This document shows positions 16,149-25,000 of a stretch of DNA of 64,000 bases, piece by piece. Source of the DNA: Oscillospiraceae bacterium. Its GTDB lineage: Bacteria; Bacillota; Clostridia; Oscillospirales; CAG-272. The translations under genes and the position numbers were made by a program. The stretch lies in contig SVTR01000015.1 in the NCBI GenBank assembly GCA_015063685.1, forward strand, positions 400-64,399. The letters run 5' to 3'. Within the stretch, counting starts at the first letter, position 1. The number at the start of each line of letters is the position of its first letter. The notes under the pieces are model-generated. The model was not told the DNA's origin and made no database searches. It worked only from the letters and a program-made list of their open reading frames with translations.

Positions 16149-19100
16149 ATGTCTAAATTACTTTTGCGCCTGCTTTGTCTTCTGATCGTGCTATCCATGC
16201 TGACGGCGACTGCCTGCACGGGAGGCGCGACGCAGGGAGATCCTTCCTCACAACCTATTGAGACCAAAGCAGAACCGCCGATGTCGGAATCCGTGGGAGA
16301 TGATACAGAAAACGAAACGGAGACTCCCACCGAAGCGGAAAGCGAAACGGAGGCTCATACTGAAGCGGCAACCGAAGCGCTGACCGAAGCATTGACCGAA
16401 GCGGAAAGCGAAACCGAGGTTCATACTGACGCGGAGACCGAAACGGATGGTCATACCGATGGGGAGACAGAGACAGAGCCTCCCACCGAACTCGGAGAAC
16501 TGCGAGACGTTCTCATCACAACGAAAGGAGCTGTAGATAACATGAAATTTTCACCTCTTCCTCTGGGGCAGGTCAAAGCCACAAGCTGGCTGAGAAATCA
16601 GCTGCTCCTCCAAGCCGAGCAAGTTACCAAGGAATTTGAAAAGCTTTCCCCCGATTGTAGATCCGAGGGCGATAACCGCTCGGGCTGGCTGGGCGGCACG
16701 GGAGAGAGCTGGGAGCGGGGGACTTATTATACCCGCGGTCTCATCGCCTCCGCTTATGTGCTGGACGATGAGGATATGAAGGCCCAAGCCCAGAAATGGA
16801 TCGACTGGACGCTGGAAAGCCAAATCGAAAGCGGTGCCTTCGGCCCGTATGCCAACGACCCCGAAAAGCTGGACTACTGGCCTCTCATGCCCATGCTCAT
16901 GGCTCTGGAGCTGTACCACGACGCCACGGGCGACGAACGTGTTATCCCTTTCCTGCAAAATTACTTCGCATGGGAGATCCAAGCTCTGAAATCCAAGCCT
17001 TTGACCTCTTGGGCAAGAGTCCGCGGCGGAGACAATATCTTCGCGGTGCTGTGGCTCTACGAGAAGACAGGTGACGAGTCCCTGCTGGAGCTTTGCGAGC
17101 TGCTTTACAAACAAACCTTTAATTGGGAACAGGTCTATGACGAAGAGGCATGGATGGGCACCTACCATATCGTCAACGCCCAGCAGAGCTTTAAGCTTTT
17201 CCCCATCATGTATGCCATCACGGGGGACGAGCACTATCTGGACGTTTATTATGAGGGCATTGAGAACATCTACATGGCCTCGGGACGACAGGACGGTATG
17301 TCCAACGGCGACGAGATGAGCCGCGGTATTGACGGCGTGTACGGCAATGAGACCTGCGCCGTGGTTGAACGTATGCTCTGCGACGAGATCGCTCTCTACC
17401 TCCTTCGTGACGCCACCATTGCCGATCATTTGGAGTACATCACTTACAACGCCCTGCCCCAGCAGCTCCTCCCCGACGGCAAGGGTCAGGTCTACTTCAC
17501 CATGCAGAATCAGGTTATGGCCAACTTGGGTGTCCACGGCTTTACCAGTGAGGGCGGTGATCGCTCGGTTTACGGTTTGCCCGGTGGTTTCCCCTGTTGT
17601 GTCCACAACTACCAGATGGGCTGGCCTCTCTTCATCGCGTCCATGTGGATGGCTACCTCCGACGGCGGCCTGGCCGTGGGTGCTTACGGTCCCAATACCG
17701 TTACTGCCACGGTGGGAAGCGGCACGCAGCTGACGATTACCCAGTCCACCAACTACCCCTATGAGGATACGGTCACCCTGACGATCGCCGCCGATAAGAC
17801 CGACACATATCCCCTCTATATCCGCGTACCCGAGTGGTGCGAAAATCCCTCGGTCACGGTCAACGGCCACCCCGTGGAGGCCGAGCTGGTAGCGGGTGAA
17901 TTCGCTGCTCTCACCGCTGCGTGGGAGGACGGTGATGTGATCACCTTGACTTTCCCTGCGGAGATGACTGCGACCATCACCGATAACAACAGCGTCAGCA
18001 TCCGTCGCGGCGCGGTTCTGTTCGCCCTGGAGATCGGGGAAAAGTGGGATAGAATCGGCTACGATCCCTTCAACTGGCACGTCGTCCGCAAATATCCTTC
18101 TTACAATATCACCCCCACCACCGATTGGAACTACGCGCTGGAAAACTTCAATTTCGATGATGTAGCCTCCAATTTCACGATCACCCGCAACCCCATCTCC
18201 GATGAGATGAGGTATCAGCTCTCGGACGTTCCCATGGTGCTGGAGGCCAAGGCCAGAGCCGTCAAGGACTGGACGCTAAACACCGCGCTGGAGATCGCGG
18301 GGGATACCCCTGTTTCTCCTGTGGCCGCCGATCGTTTGGCAGAGGAGACCGTCACGGTACGACTGGTGCCCTACGCTTACACCCGTCTGCGCATCACTCT
18401 CATGCCTTGGACAGGAGAAGCACAGACCGCCAAGTCTGAGCGTCCCGATGAGAGCACCCTGCTGTTCCCCTCGGTGATCGTGCCTCTGGAGGTCCAGGGC
18501 GCGGTAGCAGGCACCACCCAGTTCTCCTATACCGTGAATATGGCCTATGAGTCCTCCGCCGATCTGACCCTTAATGTGGAGATCAACCGCAAGGACGCGG
18601 GCACCGTCACCCTGACCAAGGGCGGGGGCACCGTCACGTTGGATACCAAGCTGTTGGGGACAGATCGCCATAACCGGATCTGCTTCACCACCGCGAACGG
18701 CTCCGTCATCCCCACGGATCTGACCATCTCCTTGTCGGTGGTAATCCACGATGACGGTATCGCCCGCTACGAAGCTGAAAAGGCTAAGCTGACGGGATCG
18801 GCCTACACCACCGGTTCCCATATAGCGGGCATAGACAGCGTTGGCTCTTCCTTGACCTTCAATAATCTGGTCATCGGCGAGGATGGGGATTATACCCTCC
18901 GCTTCTACTATGCCGCCCCCATGGGTCTGGCCACCCATACCGTCTACGTGGACGGGGTCAAGATGGGTGTCCTCCGCTACAACGAAGACGGTAAGTCTCT
19001 GGGGTGGGGTAAGTTCAGTGAGGATATCTACGCCGACATCCATCTCACCCTCACGAAGGGTACTCATACCCTCCGTATCGAGAAGACCGCCGACGACGTA

Positions 19101-19181
19101 GGCTTTGCCGAGCTGGACGCCTTCGATCGTATCCCCTGTGCCTTGACGGGCGGTGTGCCCGGGCATGTTACCGAGTCGTAA
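16149..19181 (+). CDS. Secreted lipoprotein, GH127-like (DUF1680; beta-L-arabinofuranosidase family) with C-terminal CBM6/35-like module
   Basis: Lipobox LTATAC; T/E acidic linker. The ETCAVVE and GFPCCVHNY motifs match the Glu/Cys3 zinc site of HypBA1-type GH127 enzymes. The C-terminal ARYEAEKAKLTGSAY...FAELDAFDR is CBM-like. Confidence 0.8.
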   Translation: MSKLLLRLLCLLIVLSMLTATACTGGATQGDPSSQPIETKAEPPMSESVGDDTENETETPTEAESETEAHTEAATEALTEALTEAESETEVHTDAETETDGHTDGETETEPPTELGELRDVLITTKGAVDNMKFSPLPLGQVKATSWLRNQLLLQAEQVTKEFEKLSPDCRSEGDNRSGWLGGTGESWERGTYYTRGLIASAYVLDDEDMKAQAQKWIDWTLESQIESGAFGPYANDPEKLDYWPLMPMLMALELYHDATGDERVIPFLQNYFAWEIQALKSKPLTSWARVRGGDNIFAVLWLYEKTGDESLLELCELLYKQTFNWEQVYDEEAWMGTYHIVNAQQSFKLFPIMYAITGDEHYLDVYYEGIENIYMASGRQDGMSNGDEMSRGIDGVYGNETCAVVERMLCDEIALYLLRDATIADHLEYITYNALPQQLLPDGKGQVYFTMQNQVMANLGVHGFTSEGGDRSVYGLPGGFPCCVHNYQMGWPLFIASMWMATSDGGLAVGAYGPNTVTATVGSGTQLTITQSTNYPYEDTVTLTIAADKTDTYPLYIRVPEWCENPSVTVNGHPVEAELVAGEFAALTAAWEDGDVITLTFPAEMTATITDNNSVSIRRGAVLFALEIGEKWDRIGYDPFNWHVVRKYPSYNITPTTDWNYALENFNFDDVASNFTITRNPISDEMRYQLSDVPMVLEAKARAVKDWTLNTALEIAGDTPVSPVAADRLAEETVTVRLVPYAYTRLRITLMPWTGEAQTAKSERPDESTLLFPSVIVPLEVQGAVAGTTQFSYTVNMAYESSADLTLNVEINRKDAGTVTLTKGGGTVTLDTKLLGTDRHNRICFTTANGSVIPTDLTISLSVVIHDDGIARYEAEKAKLTGSAYTTGSHIAGIDSVGSSLTFNNLVIGEDGDYTLRFYYAAPMGLATHTVYVDGVKMGVLRYNEDGKSLGWGKFSEDIYADIHLTLTKGTHTLRIEKTADDVGFAELDAFDRIPCALTGGVPGHVTES

Positions 19182-19209
19182 GCCTCAAGGGGAAAGATTC
19201 AAACCATAT

Positions 19210-19257
19210 GAGCCGATCTGTCAGACAGAGGATTTGCCTGGCGGATCGGCTCTTTTT
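19210..19257 (+). terminator. Terminator-like hairpin after the GH127-like gene
   Basis: GAGCCGATC ... GATCGGCTC 9-bp stem with a long loop, followed by TTTTT. Confidence 0.45.
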
Positions 19258-19266
19258 GAAAAGTAT

Positions 19267-19429
19267 AGGGCATCTCTAAAAACTCATCGCACGCCGATAT
19301 GACGGTGCTTTTTCCGTCATACGTCACAAAATTCTTTCGCATAGGGCCAACTATGCGTGCAGATTTTTGTTTAGTCTGACGAAAAAATCCCTCGCATCTC
19401 GCCGCACGCTGAGTATTTAGAGATGCCCT
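19267..19429 (+). mobile_element. MITE-like element, type 1, copy A (163 bp)
   Basis: Terminal inverted repeats AGGGCATCTCTAAAAACTCA ... TGAGTATTTAGAGATGCCCT. Near-identical copies at 19608-19771, 21561-21722 and (interrupted) 45547-45875. Confidence 0.8.
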
Positions 19430-19446
19430 ATTGTTTTGAAAACAGC

Positions 19447-19566
19447 GGTTCACCTCTAAAAGCTCCCTTGACGGAAAATCTATGGCGATTTTTTTCTCAC
19501 GATTTCAAATTTTTCTTCGGGTAGTCTCGCACGCATCTATGACGCGTGGGAAAAGTTGAATATGCG
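19447..19566 (+). mobile_element. MITE-like element, type 2, 3'-truncated copy
   Basis: GGTTCACCTCTAAAAGCTCCCTTGACGG...TTTTTCTTCGGGTAGTCTCGCACGC aligns to the left two-thirds of the complete type-2 element at 45607-45768. Confidence 0.6.
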
Positions 19567-19569
19567 GCA

Positions 19570-19598
19570 TTGACTTTATGATCAAAAAGTAGTATAAT
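19570..19598 (+). promoter_or_regulatory. Near-consensus promoter (TTGACT-17-TATAAT) between repeat copies
   Basis: TTGACT at 19570-19575, 17-nt spacer, TATAAT at 19593-19598. A transcript from here would read through MITE copy B into the rhodanese gene. Confidence 0.5.
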
Positions 19599-19607
19599 CA
19601 AATTGGT

Positions 19608-19771
19608 TGGACATCTATGAAAAACTCATCGCACGCCGATATGGCGGTGCTTTTTCCGTCATACGTCACAAAATTCTTTCGCATAGGGTCAACTATGCGT
19701 GCAGATTTTTGTTTAGTCTGACGAAAAAATCCCTCGCATCTCTCCGCACGCTGAGTATTTAGAGATGCCCC
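19608..19771 (+). mobile_element. MITE-like element, type 1, copy B (left terminus degenerate)
   Basis: The interior is almost identical to copy A. The left end reads GGACATCTATGAAAAACTCA instead of AGGGCATCTCTAAAAACTCA. Confidence 0.75.
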
Positions 19772-19815
19772 AGAATTTATTTGTGCCGCCGTGTGGCGAT
19801 AGAATGGAGATTATA

Positions 19816-20205
19816 ATGAAAAAATTACTACCCTTGATATTGTTTGTCCTTATGCTTACAGGGTGCGCCGGAACGACCGGCCCTACGGGTACCTACCGTA
19901 GCATCAACATGGATGCGGCTGTGGCCATGATGGAACAGGAGACAGACTATATCATCCTTGACGTGCGTCGTCCCGACGAATACGCCACAGGACACATTCC
20001 CAACGCTATCAATCTGCCCAATGAGACCATTGGCACGGCTGAGATCAGCGTTTTGCCGCGAAAGGATCAGCTGATCATGGTTTACTGCCGAAGCGGTCGC
20101 CGCAGCAAAGAGGCATCCGAGAAGCTGGCGAAGCAGGGGTATACTAACGTCGTGGAGTTCGGCGGGATTCTTGATTGGAAGGGCCATATAGTCAGCGATG
20201 AATAA
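19816..20205 (+). CDS. Exported rhodanese-domain lipoprotein (sulfurtransferase)
   Basis: ATG 19816 follows GGAG. Lipobox LMLTGC. YIILDVRRPDEYATGHIPNAINLP and active-site loop CRSGRRS. Confidence 0.85.
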   Translation: MKKLLPLILFVLMLTGCAGTTGPTGTYRSINMDAAVAMMEQETDYIILDVRRPDEYATGHIPNAINLPNETIGTAEISVLPRKDQLIMVYCRSGRRSKEASEKLAKQGYTNVVEFGGILDWKGHIVSDE

Positions 20206-20244
20206 TTACTGAGGCTGATTATGGCCGTACATGCAAAGAAGAAT

Positions 20245-20296
20245 AGGGGATCTCTAAAAACTCTGTAGCCAAACGAGCGGCGAGCAATTTGTTTGG
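20245..20296 (-). mobile_element. MITE-like element, type 2, terminal fragment
   Basis: GGGGATCTCTAAAAACTCTGTAGCCAAACGAGCGGCGAGC aligns to the reverse complement of the right end of the type-2 element (GGGAACCTCTAAAAACTCTATTGGCGAGCGAGCCGCAAG). Confidence 0.5.
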
Positions 20297-20353
20297 CAAT
20301 TTGAATAAGAATCCGCTAATAAAATGTGATCCAATAAGGAGTGGAAGTGTATC

Positions 20354-21457
20354 ATGGAATACAGAAGATTACCTCACGGAAGTGAGCATGAAAAATTCAG
20401 CGTTCTCGGTCTGGGCATGGGCGGCATTGGGAAAACGCCCCCGGAGGAGATCGAGGCGATCATCAGCAAAGCCATAGAGCACGGCATCAACTTTTTTGAT
20501 CTTTGCACGGCGGGAGCATCCTATGCTCCCATCGGCAGAGCGATCAAAGACTGTCGCGACAAGGTTTTTTTGCAGGTGCATTTCGGCGCCGTTTATGACG
20601 AGAACGGAGAATACGGCTGGTGTCGTGATTTCGATACCATCAAAAGGACCTTTCTCTGGGAGCTTGAACAGCTTAAAACCGATTACGTTGATTTCGGCTT
20701 CCTCCATTGTGTGGACGATGACGAGGATTTCGAAAAGCTTTGTGAAATCGGCGTTTTTGACTACATAAAGGAGCTGAAAGAGGTGGGCACGGTTCATCAC
20801 ATTGGCTTTTCTTCTCATACGCCGAGTGTGGCTAACCGTATCATTGACACGGGGCTTGTTGACATGATGATGTTCTCGCTCAATCCCGCCTATGATTTTG
20901 AAAAGGGCGACGAGTATGGCATTGGCTCGGTGGGGGAACGCTTTGAGCTGTTCCGCCGCTGTGAGCGGGAGGGCGTAGGTATTTCAGTCATGAAGCCTTT
21001 CTTTGCAGGACAACTGCTGTCAGCCGATCAGTCCCCCTTCGGCGTGGCGCTGACTCACAATCAATGTTTGCAATACGCCATTGATCGCCCCGGTGTTCTG
21101 ACCGCAGTCCCCGGTGTTCAAACCATGGAGCATCTGGATACCCTTCTGAGATTCCTCACGGCAAGCGATGAAGAGAAGGACTATTCCGTCATCGGAAGCT
21201 TTACGGCGGATACCATCACAGGCACTTGCGTATATTGCAACCATTGTCAGCCTTGCCCGGCAGGGATCGATATCGGGCTCGTAAACAAATATTACGATCT
21301 TGCTCTGGCGGGAGATACCATCGCAGCAAATCACTATACTAAGCTGTCGGTCAACGCCGAGGCTTGTCTGCATTGCGGCCATTGCGAGAGCCGCTGCCCC
21401 TTCTCGGTAAAGCAGGAAAGCCGAATGGACGAGATCGCAAAGTATTTTAATAACTGA
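20354..21457 (+). CDS. Aldo/keto reductase with C-terminal 4Fe-4S ferredoxin-type domain
   Basis: AKR-type N-terminal region (GLGMGGIG..., INFFDLC, DYVDFGFLHCVD). Two Cys clusters: CVYCNHCQPCP and CLHCGHCESRCP. Confidence 0.85.
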   Translation: MEYRRLPHGSEHEKFSVLGLGMGGIGKTPPEEIEAIISKAIEHGINFFDLCTAGASYAPIGRAIKDCRDKVFLQVHFGAVYDENGEYGWCRDFDTIKRTFLWELEQLKTDYVDFGFLHCVDDDEDFEKLCEIGVFDYIKELKEVGTVHHIGFSSHTPSVANRIIDTGLVDMMMFSLNPAYDFEKGDEYGIGSVGERFELFRRCEREGVGISVMKPFFAGQLLSADQSPFGVALTHNQCLQYAIDRPGVLTAVPGVQTMEHLDTLLRFLTASDEEKDYSVIGSFTADTITGTCVYCNHCQPCPAGIDIGLVNKYYDLALAGDTIAANHYTKLSVNAEACLHCGHCESRCPFSVKQESRMDEIAKYFNN

Positions 21458-21560
21458 TGGTTTCCCGAAATTGACCGTCTGATCAGTCTCTACCGTACCA
21501 TCCGTGCCCCGATCTCCACGATCAGTGCTTTGCCGCATCTTCATCAGATCCGTGTATAAT

Positions 21561-21722
21561 AGGGCATCTCTGAAAACTCTTCGCACGCCGATATGACGGT
21601 GCTTTTTCCGTTATACGTCACAAAAATCTTTCGCATAGGGTCAACTATGCGAAAGATTTTTTGTTTAGTCTGAAAAAAAATCCATCGCATCTCGCCAGAT
21701 GTTGAGTATGTAGAGATGCCCT
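21561..21722 (+). mobile_element. MITE-like element, type 1, copy D
   Basis: AGGGCATCTCTGAAAACTCTTCGCACGCCGATATGACGG...GTTGAGTATGTAGAGATGCCCT, full length and more diverged than copies A and B. Confidence 0.75.
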
Positions 21723-21777
21723 TATAGAGGCCCATTTGACGTATTTTCACCTATCAAAATCAAGGCTTGAGCCTCCA

Positions 21778-21867
21778 ATACACCCCGATACACCCTAAAA
21801 ACGCCCAGATACACCCCAAAAACACCCTGAATACACCCCCACAAAATATAAAATATATGTTATAATA
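21778..21867 (+). promoter_or_regulatory. Phased ACACCC-box array plus extended -10 (TGTTATAAT); promoter of the giant surface-protein gene
   Basis: Boxes start at 21780, 21790, 21801 (ACGCCC), 21811, 21822 and 21833, so spacing is 10/11/10/11/11 bp. TGTTATAAT at 21859-21867. No recognisable -35. Confidence 0.5.
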
Positions 21868-21923
21868 TTCTTGTAAGATAAAAATAGACTATACAAGCTC
21901 AAGCTGAACGGGAGGTGTTGAAT

Positions 21924-22069
21924 ATGGTAAAGGAACGGGTCTTGTTTGGTGAGCGCTACGGTTCCATTCCAAAGGAGACGAGTGTATCACCTGTAAGGAC
22001 GAGGCTACAATATGCAACCACGCAACGGGGTACTGCTTGGTCAGTATCCGTGCTGTACACAGGAGGTAA
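21924..22069 (+). pseudogene. Frameshifted, truncated remnant of a paralog of the 151-aa gene 4054..4509
   Basis: MVKERVLFGERYGSIPK aligns with MIKERVLFGEFDIPIPK. There is a 1-nt deletion relative to the paralog at CCAAAGG (21969-21975). The corrected frame reads KGDECITCKDEAT against KGHERITDRDDTT and stops at TAA 22067-22069. Confidence 0.5.
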
Positions 22070-22074
22070 AAAGT

Positions 22075-25000
22075 ATGTTGAATGCAAAGAAAAGAATAAT
22101 CTCTATCTTTTTGGCTGTAGTTATGTTGATCTCGGCGCTTCCGCTTTCGGCCTTCGCTGCCACGGTGGAAGCCTTGCCTGATCCCGAAAGCGCCACCGAG
22201 GAAGAGCTGATCAAGCATCGGTCAGAGCTTTTGGAGGTGGCGGACGAAGCGGGCTTTGCCACCGAATACGAGCTGTTCTTCTCCGTACTGGAGGATTTGG
22301 ACGAGCGGGGCGAGTTCTGGCAGTACAATAACTTTGCCCTGTATTGCCGTAGTATGTCCGACGAGCTGCTGCTGGAGCTGCTGGGCTACCTGCGCAAATA
22401 CATCAGCGCAGGTGCGGTAGCAGGCTACAGCGCGGTGTCTGCAACGGAAGAATTCTTCGATGAGCAGGCGTATAACATTTACTATACATTTTTTGCAAGG
22501 GAAGAATTTTTGGGGCTGATCAGAGCTGAGGATCTGAAGCAGTTCGAGACCACGCCCATGTTCACTAAAAATCTGCCCGCCTATTATTACTATCCCACCG
22601 AAGCGGATCTGCCCAACGAGCTGGAGCTGACGGTGGAGCTGTCCCCCGCGGTCATGGCGGCAATAGATGGAGTGGGCGCACATTGGATCGCGTCAACCGG
22701 CGGCCATTATTCCCACAATCTGCTGGAAGAGAATCCGGATGTGGATATGGAATTCGTGGGCAACCGGGCCACCCTGCGTCTTTCCGCCGACGATATTTTG
22801 AAATTTGCCGGTGATGTGCAAACCAATCACTACTCCAGTACCGGCGGATTCTGGGTCAGATACTATGCAGGCGGATATCTGAGCGACCCCTGCTATATCG
22901 CCATTGGCACGAATGCTTTCTTTGAAGGCAGCCCCAGCTACGGAAGCATGGCGCAGGATACCCTGACGCTGGATTTCAATACCGACCGCCTGCCTGAGGG
23001 TACACAGGTGATCTATGAGTGGAATCTGTCTGCTGCCGTGCCCGAATGGGTTTTGCAAGGAAATTTTGACGATTCCATGTGGGACGGCCCCTTCACCACC
23101 ACGGAGCCTGTGCTGACTGTGGAGGACATCAAAAATTCCTATTACCTTGAATATCTGAATTCGCAGTCCGATCCCATCACCGCGGAAGAGCTGTGGGAGC
23201 GTACCACCTATATCTCCTGCCAGGTATTCTGGCAGGTCGATGGGAAGGACTATTATCTGAACACCCCCATTCTGCCCGTGTTCGGTGGGGAAAGCGGTGA
23301 GGTCGGACCTGACCGTAGCTGGACGTATGATCCCATCAGCTCCTTTGAGGTTTTTGGCTACTATACCTATGTCGAGCCCGGGGCAACCGTGACCTCCAAC
23401 GTCTTTACGCTGGCGGACGACACGGCGATCGACTGTACCCTCTTCTATAATGAATATATTGATGGGAGAAACCAGCAATTCATTATTTCGGATCAGGGAA
23501 CCACCTTTACCGTTCCCGTGTCTGCGGATGCCCGCCGCCCGCGTACGGAATACCGTGTGTCGTATTCTGCTACTGCGCCCAACGGTAAGACCTATTTCGG
23601 CGGCGGAGGCAGCACCGTGCTGAACGTCTATCCCGAGGATCTGCTGGTCTATACGGGAAGCGGACAGTACGATGAGATTTTGGGAGAGAAGATCCTTTAC
23701 AAGGACGTAGCGAAAAGCACCGCCAGCACCAATATTTTCTCTCTGGCACCCATGGCGCTGTATCATAACGGCGTCCTGTATACCACGGGTTCTTCCTCCT
23801 CTTCTTCCGCGCTGAAGGTGAACTGGTATACCAATACGGTCAAGAGCTATGACGGTGCTACGCTGCATTCCTCCAACCGAAGCTATTTCCAGACGAGGCC
23901 CCAAACGGAGGGTGAATACTACGTGTTCTGCGTGGTTTCGGCGGGGGATTTCTCCTATACCTCCGAGATCTTGACCTACAACGTCATTGATCCAGCGGCG
24001 CTGACCGAGAACCGCTATCTGATCACAAGCGACGGCACGCTGTACTCCGTGTTTTCCAATGACGAAGTGGTGACCATTCCCGAAACCATCAACGGCATCA
24101 CCGTCAAGACGATCGCGGGCAAGACTTTTGGTACGGAAACCTACGGTACCGCTGAATATGACCGCTGCCCCTATATGACCACCCTGATCCTGCCGGATAC
24201 GGTGGAGACGCTGGAACCTACCGCGGTGCCGTCCTGCGTCACCACCCTTGAAATGGGCGACGGGATCAAGCATATCGAGGGTCTGCCGGGCAGCATTGAA
24301 AAGCTGGTGATCCCCGAAGGCGTGGAGACTCTGTATATTCCGCAGGTTTCCGTGCTGGAGATCCAGTCGCCCAAGACCATTGAACTGCTGAATGAAATGG
24401 ATGCCGAGATCGAAGTGGGTACCTTGATCCTGCCCGAGGGCTTGGAGATCATCGGTGAGGGCGGCCTGGAATTCTCCGTGGACGCAAACGAGGTGGTTCT
24501 GCCCTCTACGCTGAAGGTGTTCGCCCCCGTAAAGTCCTTCTTTGTGCGCGAAAAGATGGAACTGCCCGAAGGGCTGGAGGTCTTTGACGGCGGTCGGATC
24601 GTCACGGAATACTGGGATCGATATCAAGGATCGGATATCGTTATTGACTATAATTTCTATTACGATGGCAAGACTCTGGTTTTCCCCGAGAGCCTGAAGA
24701 CCTTGGGACATCCGGGCATACTGTGGAACGTCACGGAGCTGGATCTGCCGCAGGGCTTTATCCCCGGGGAGTACTTCTTTGAAAGAACGAGTATTGAAAC
24801 CTATATCATTCCCGCAGGCATGACCGTCATTCCCGAAGGCCTGTTTGAAAACTCTGCGTTGCGTGTGATCGTGATCCCCGAGGGCGTGACCGAGATCGGC
24901 GCCGAGGCATTCTATGGCTGTGAAAATTTGGAGAAGATCGTGCTGCCTTCCACCCTGACAAAGATCGGTGATGGTGCTTTTGACGGCTGCTCCGCGCTGA

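Noticed and set aside
19199-19453. ORFs 19199..19453(-) and 21544..21750(-), with similar peptides (...FRQTKQKSARIVGPMRKNFVTYDGKSTVISACDEF...).
   Set aside because: Their similarity comes from lying inside copies of the type-1 MITE-like repeat. In other copies the frame is broken, and there is no SD.
19267-19771. A possible CRISPR array, suggested by closely spaced repeats.
   Set aside because: The repeats are ~163 bp with terminal inverted repeats. There are only two in tandem, separated by a related element rather than by short unique spacers. There are no cas genes.
4510-21935. A 17-kb invertible segment bounded by the two inverted ACACCC promoter modules.
   Set aside because: The inverted copies are short (~160 bp) and only moderately similar outside the boxes. 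No recombinase gene is present. Gene orientation inside the segment gives no hint of alternative configurations.
22012-22074. Upstream extension of the giant ORF (track start at 22012, MQPRNGVLLGQYPCCTQEVKS...).
   Set aside because: ATG 22075 has a perfect AGGAGG at the right spacing and starts a canonical signal peptide. The extension overlaps the decayed paralog fragment and has no SD.
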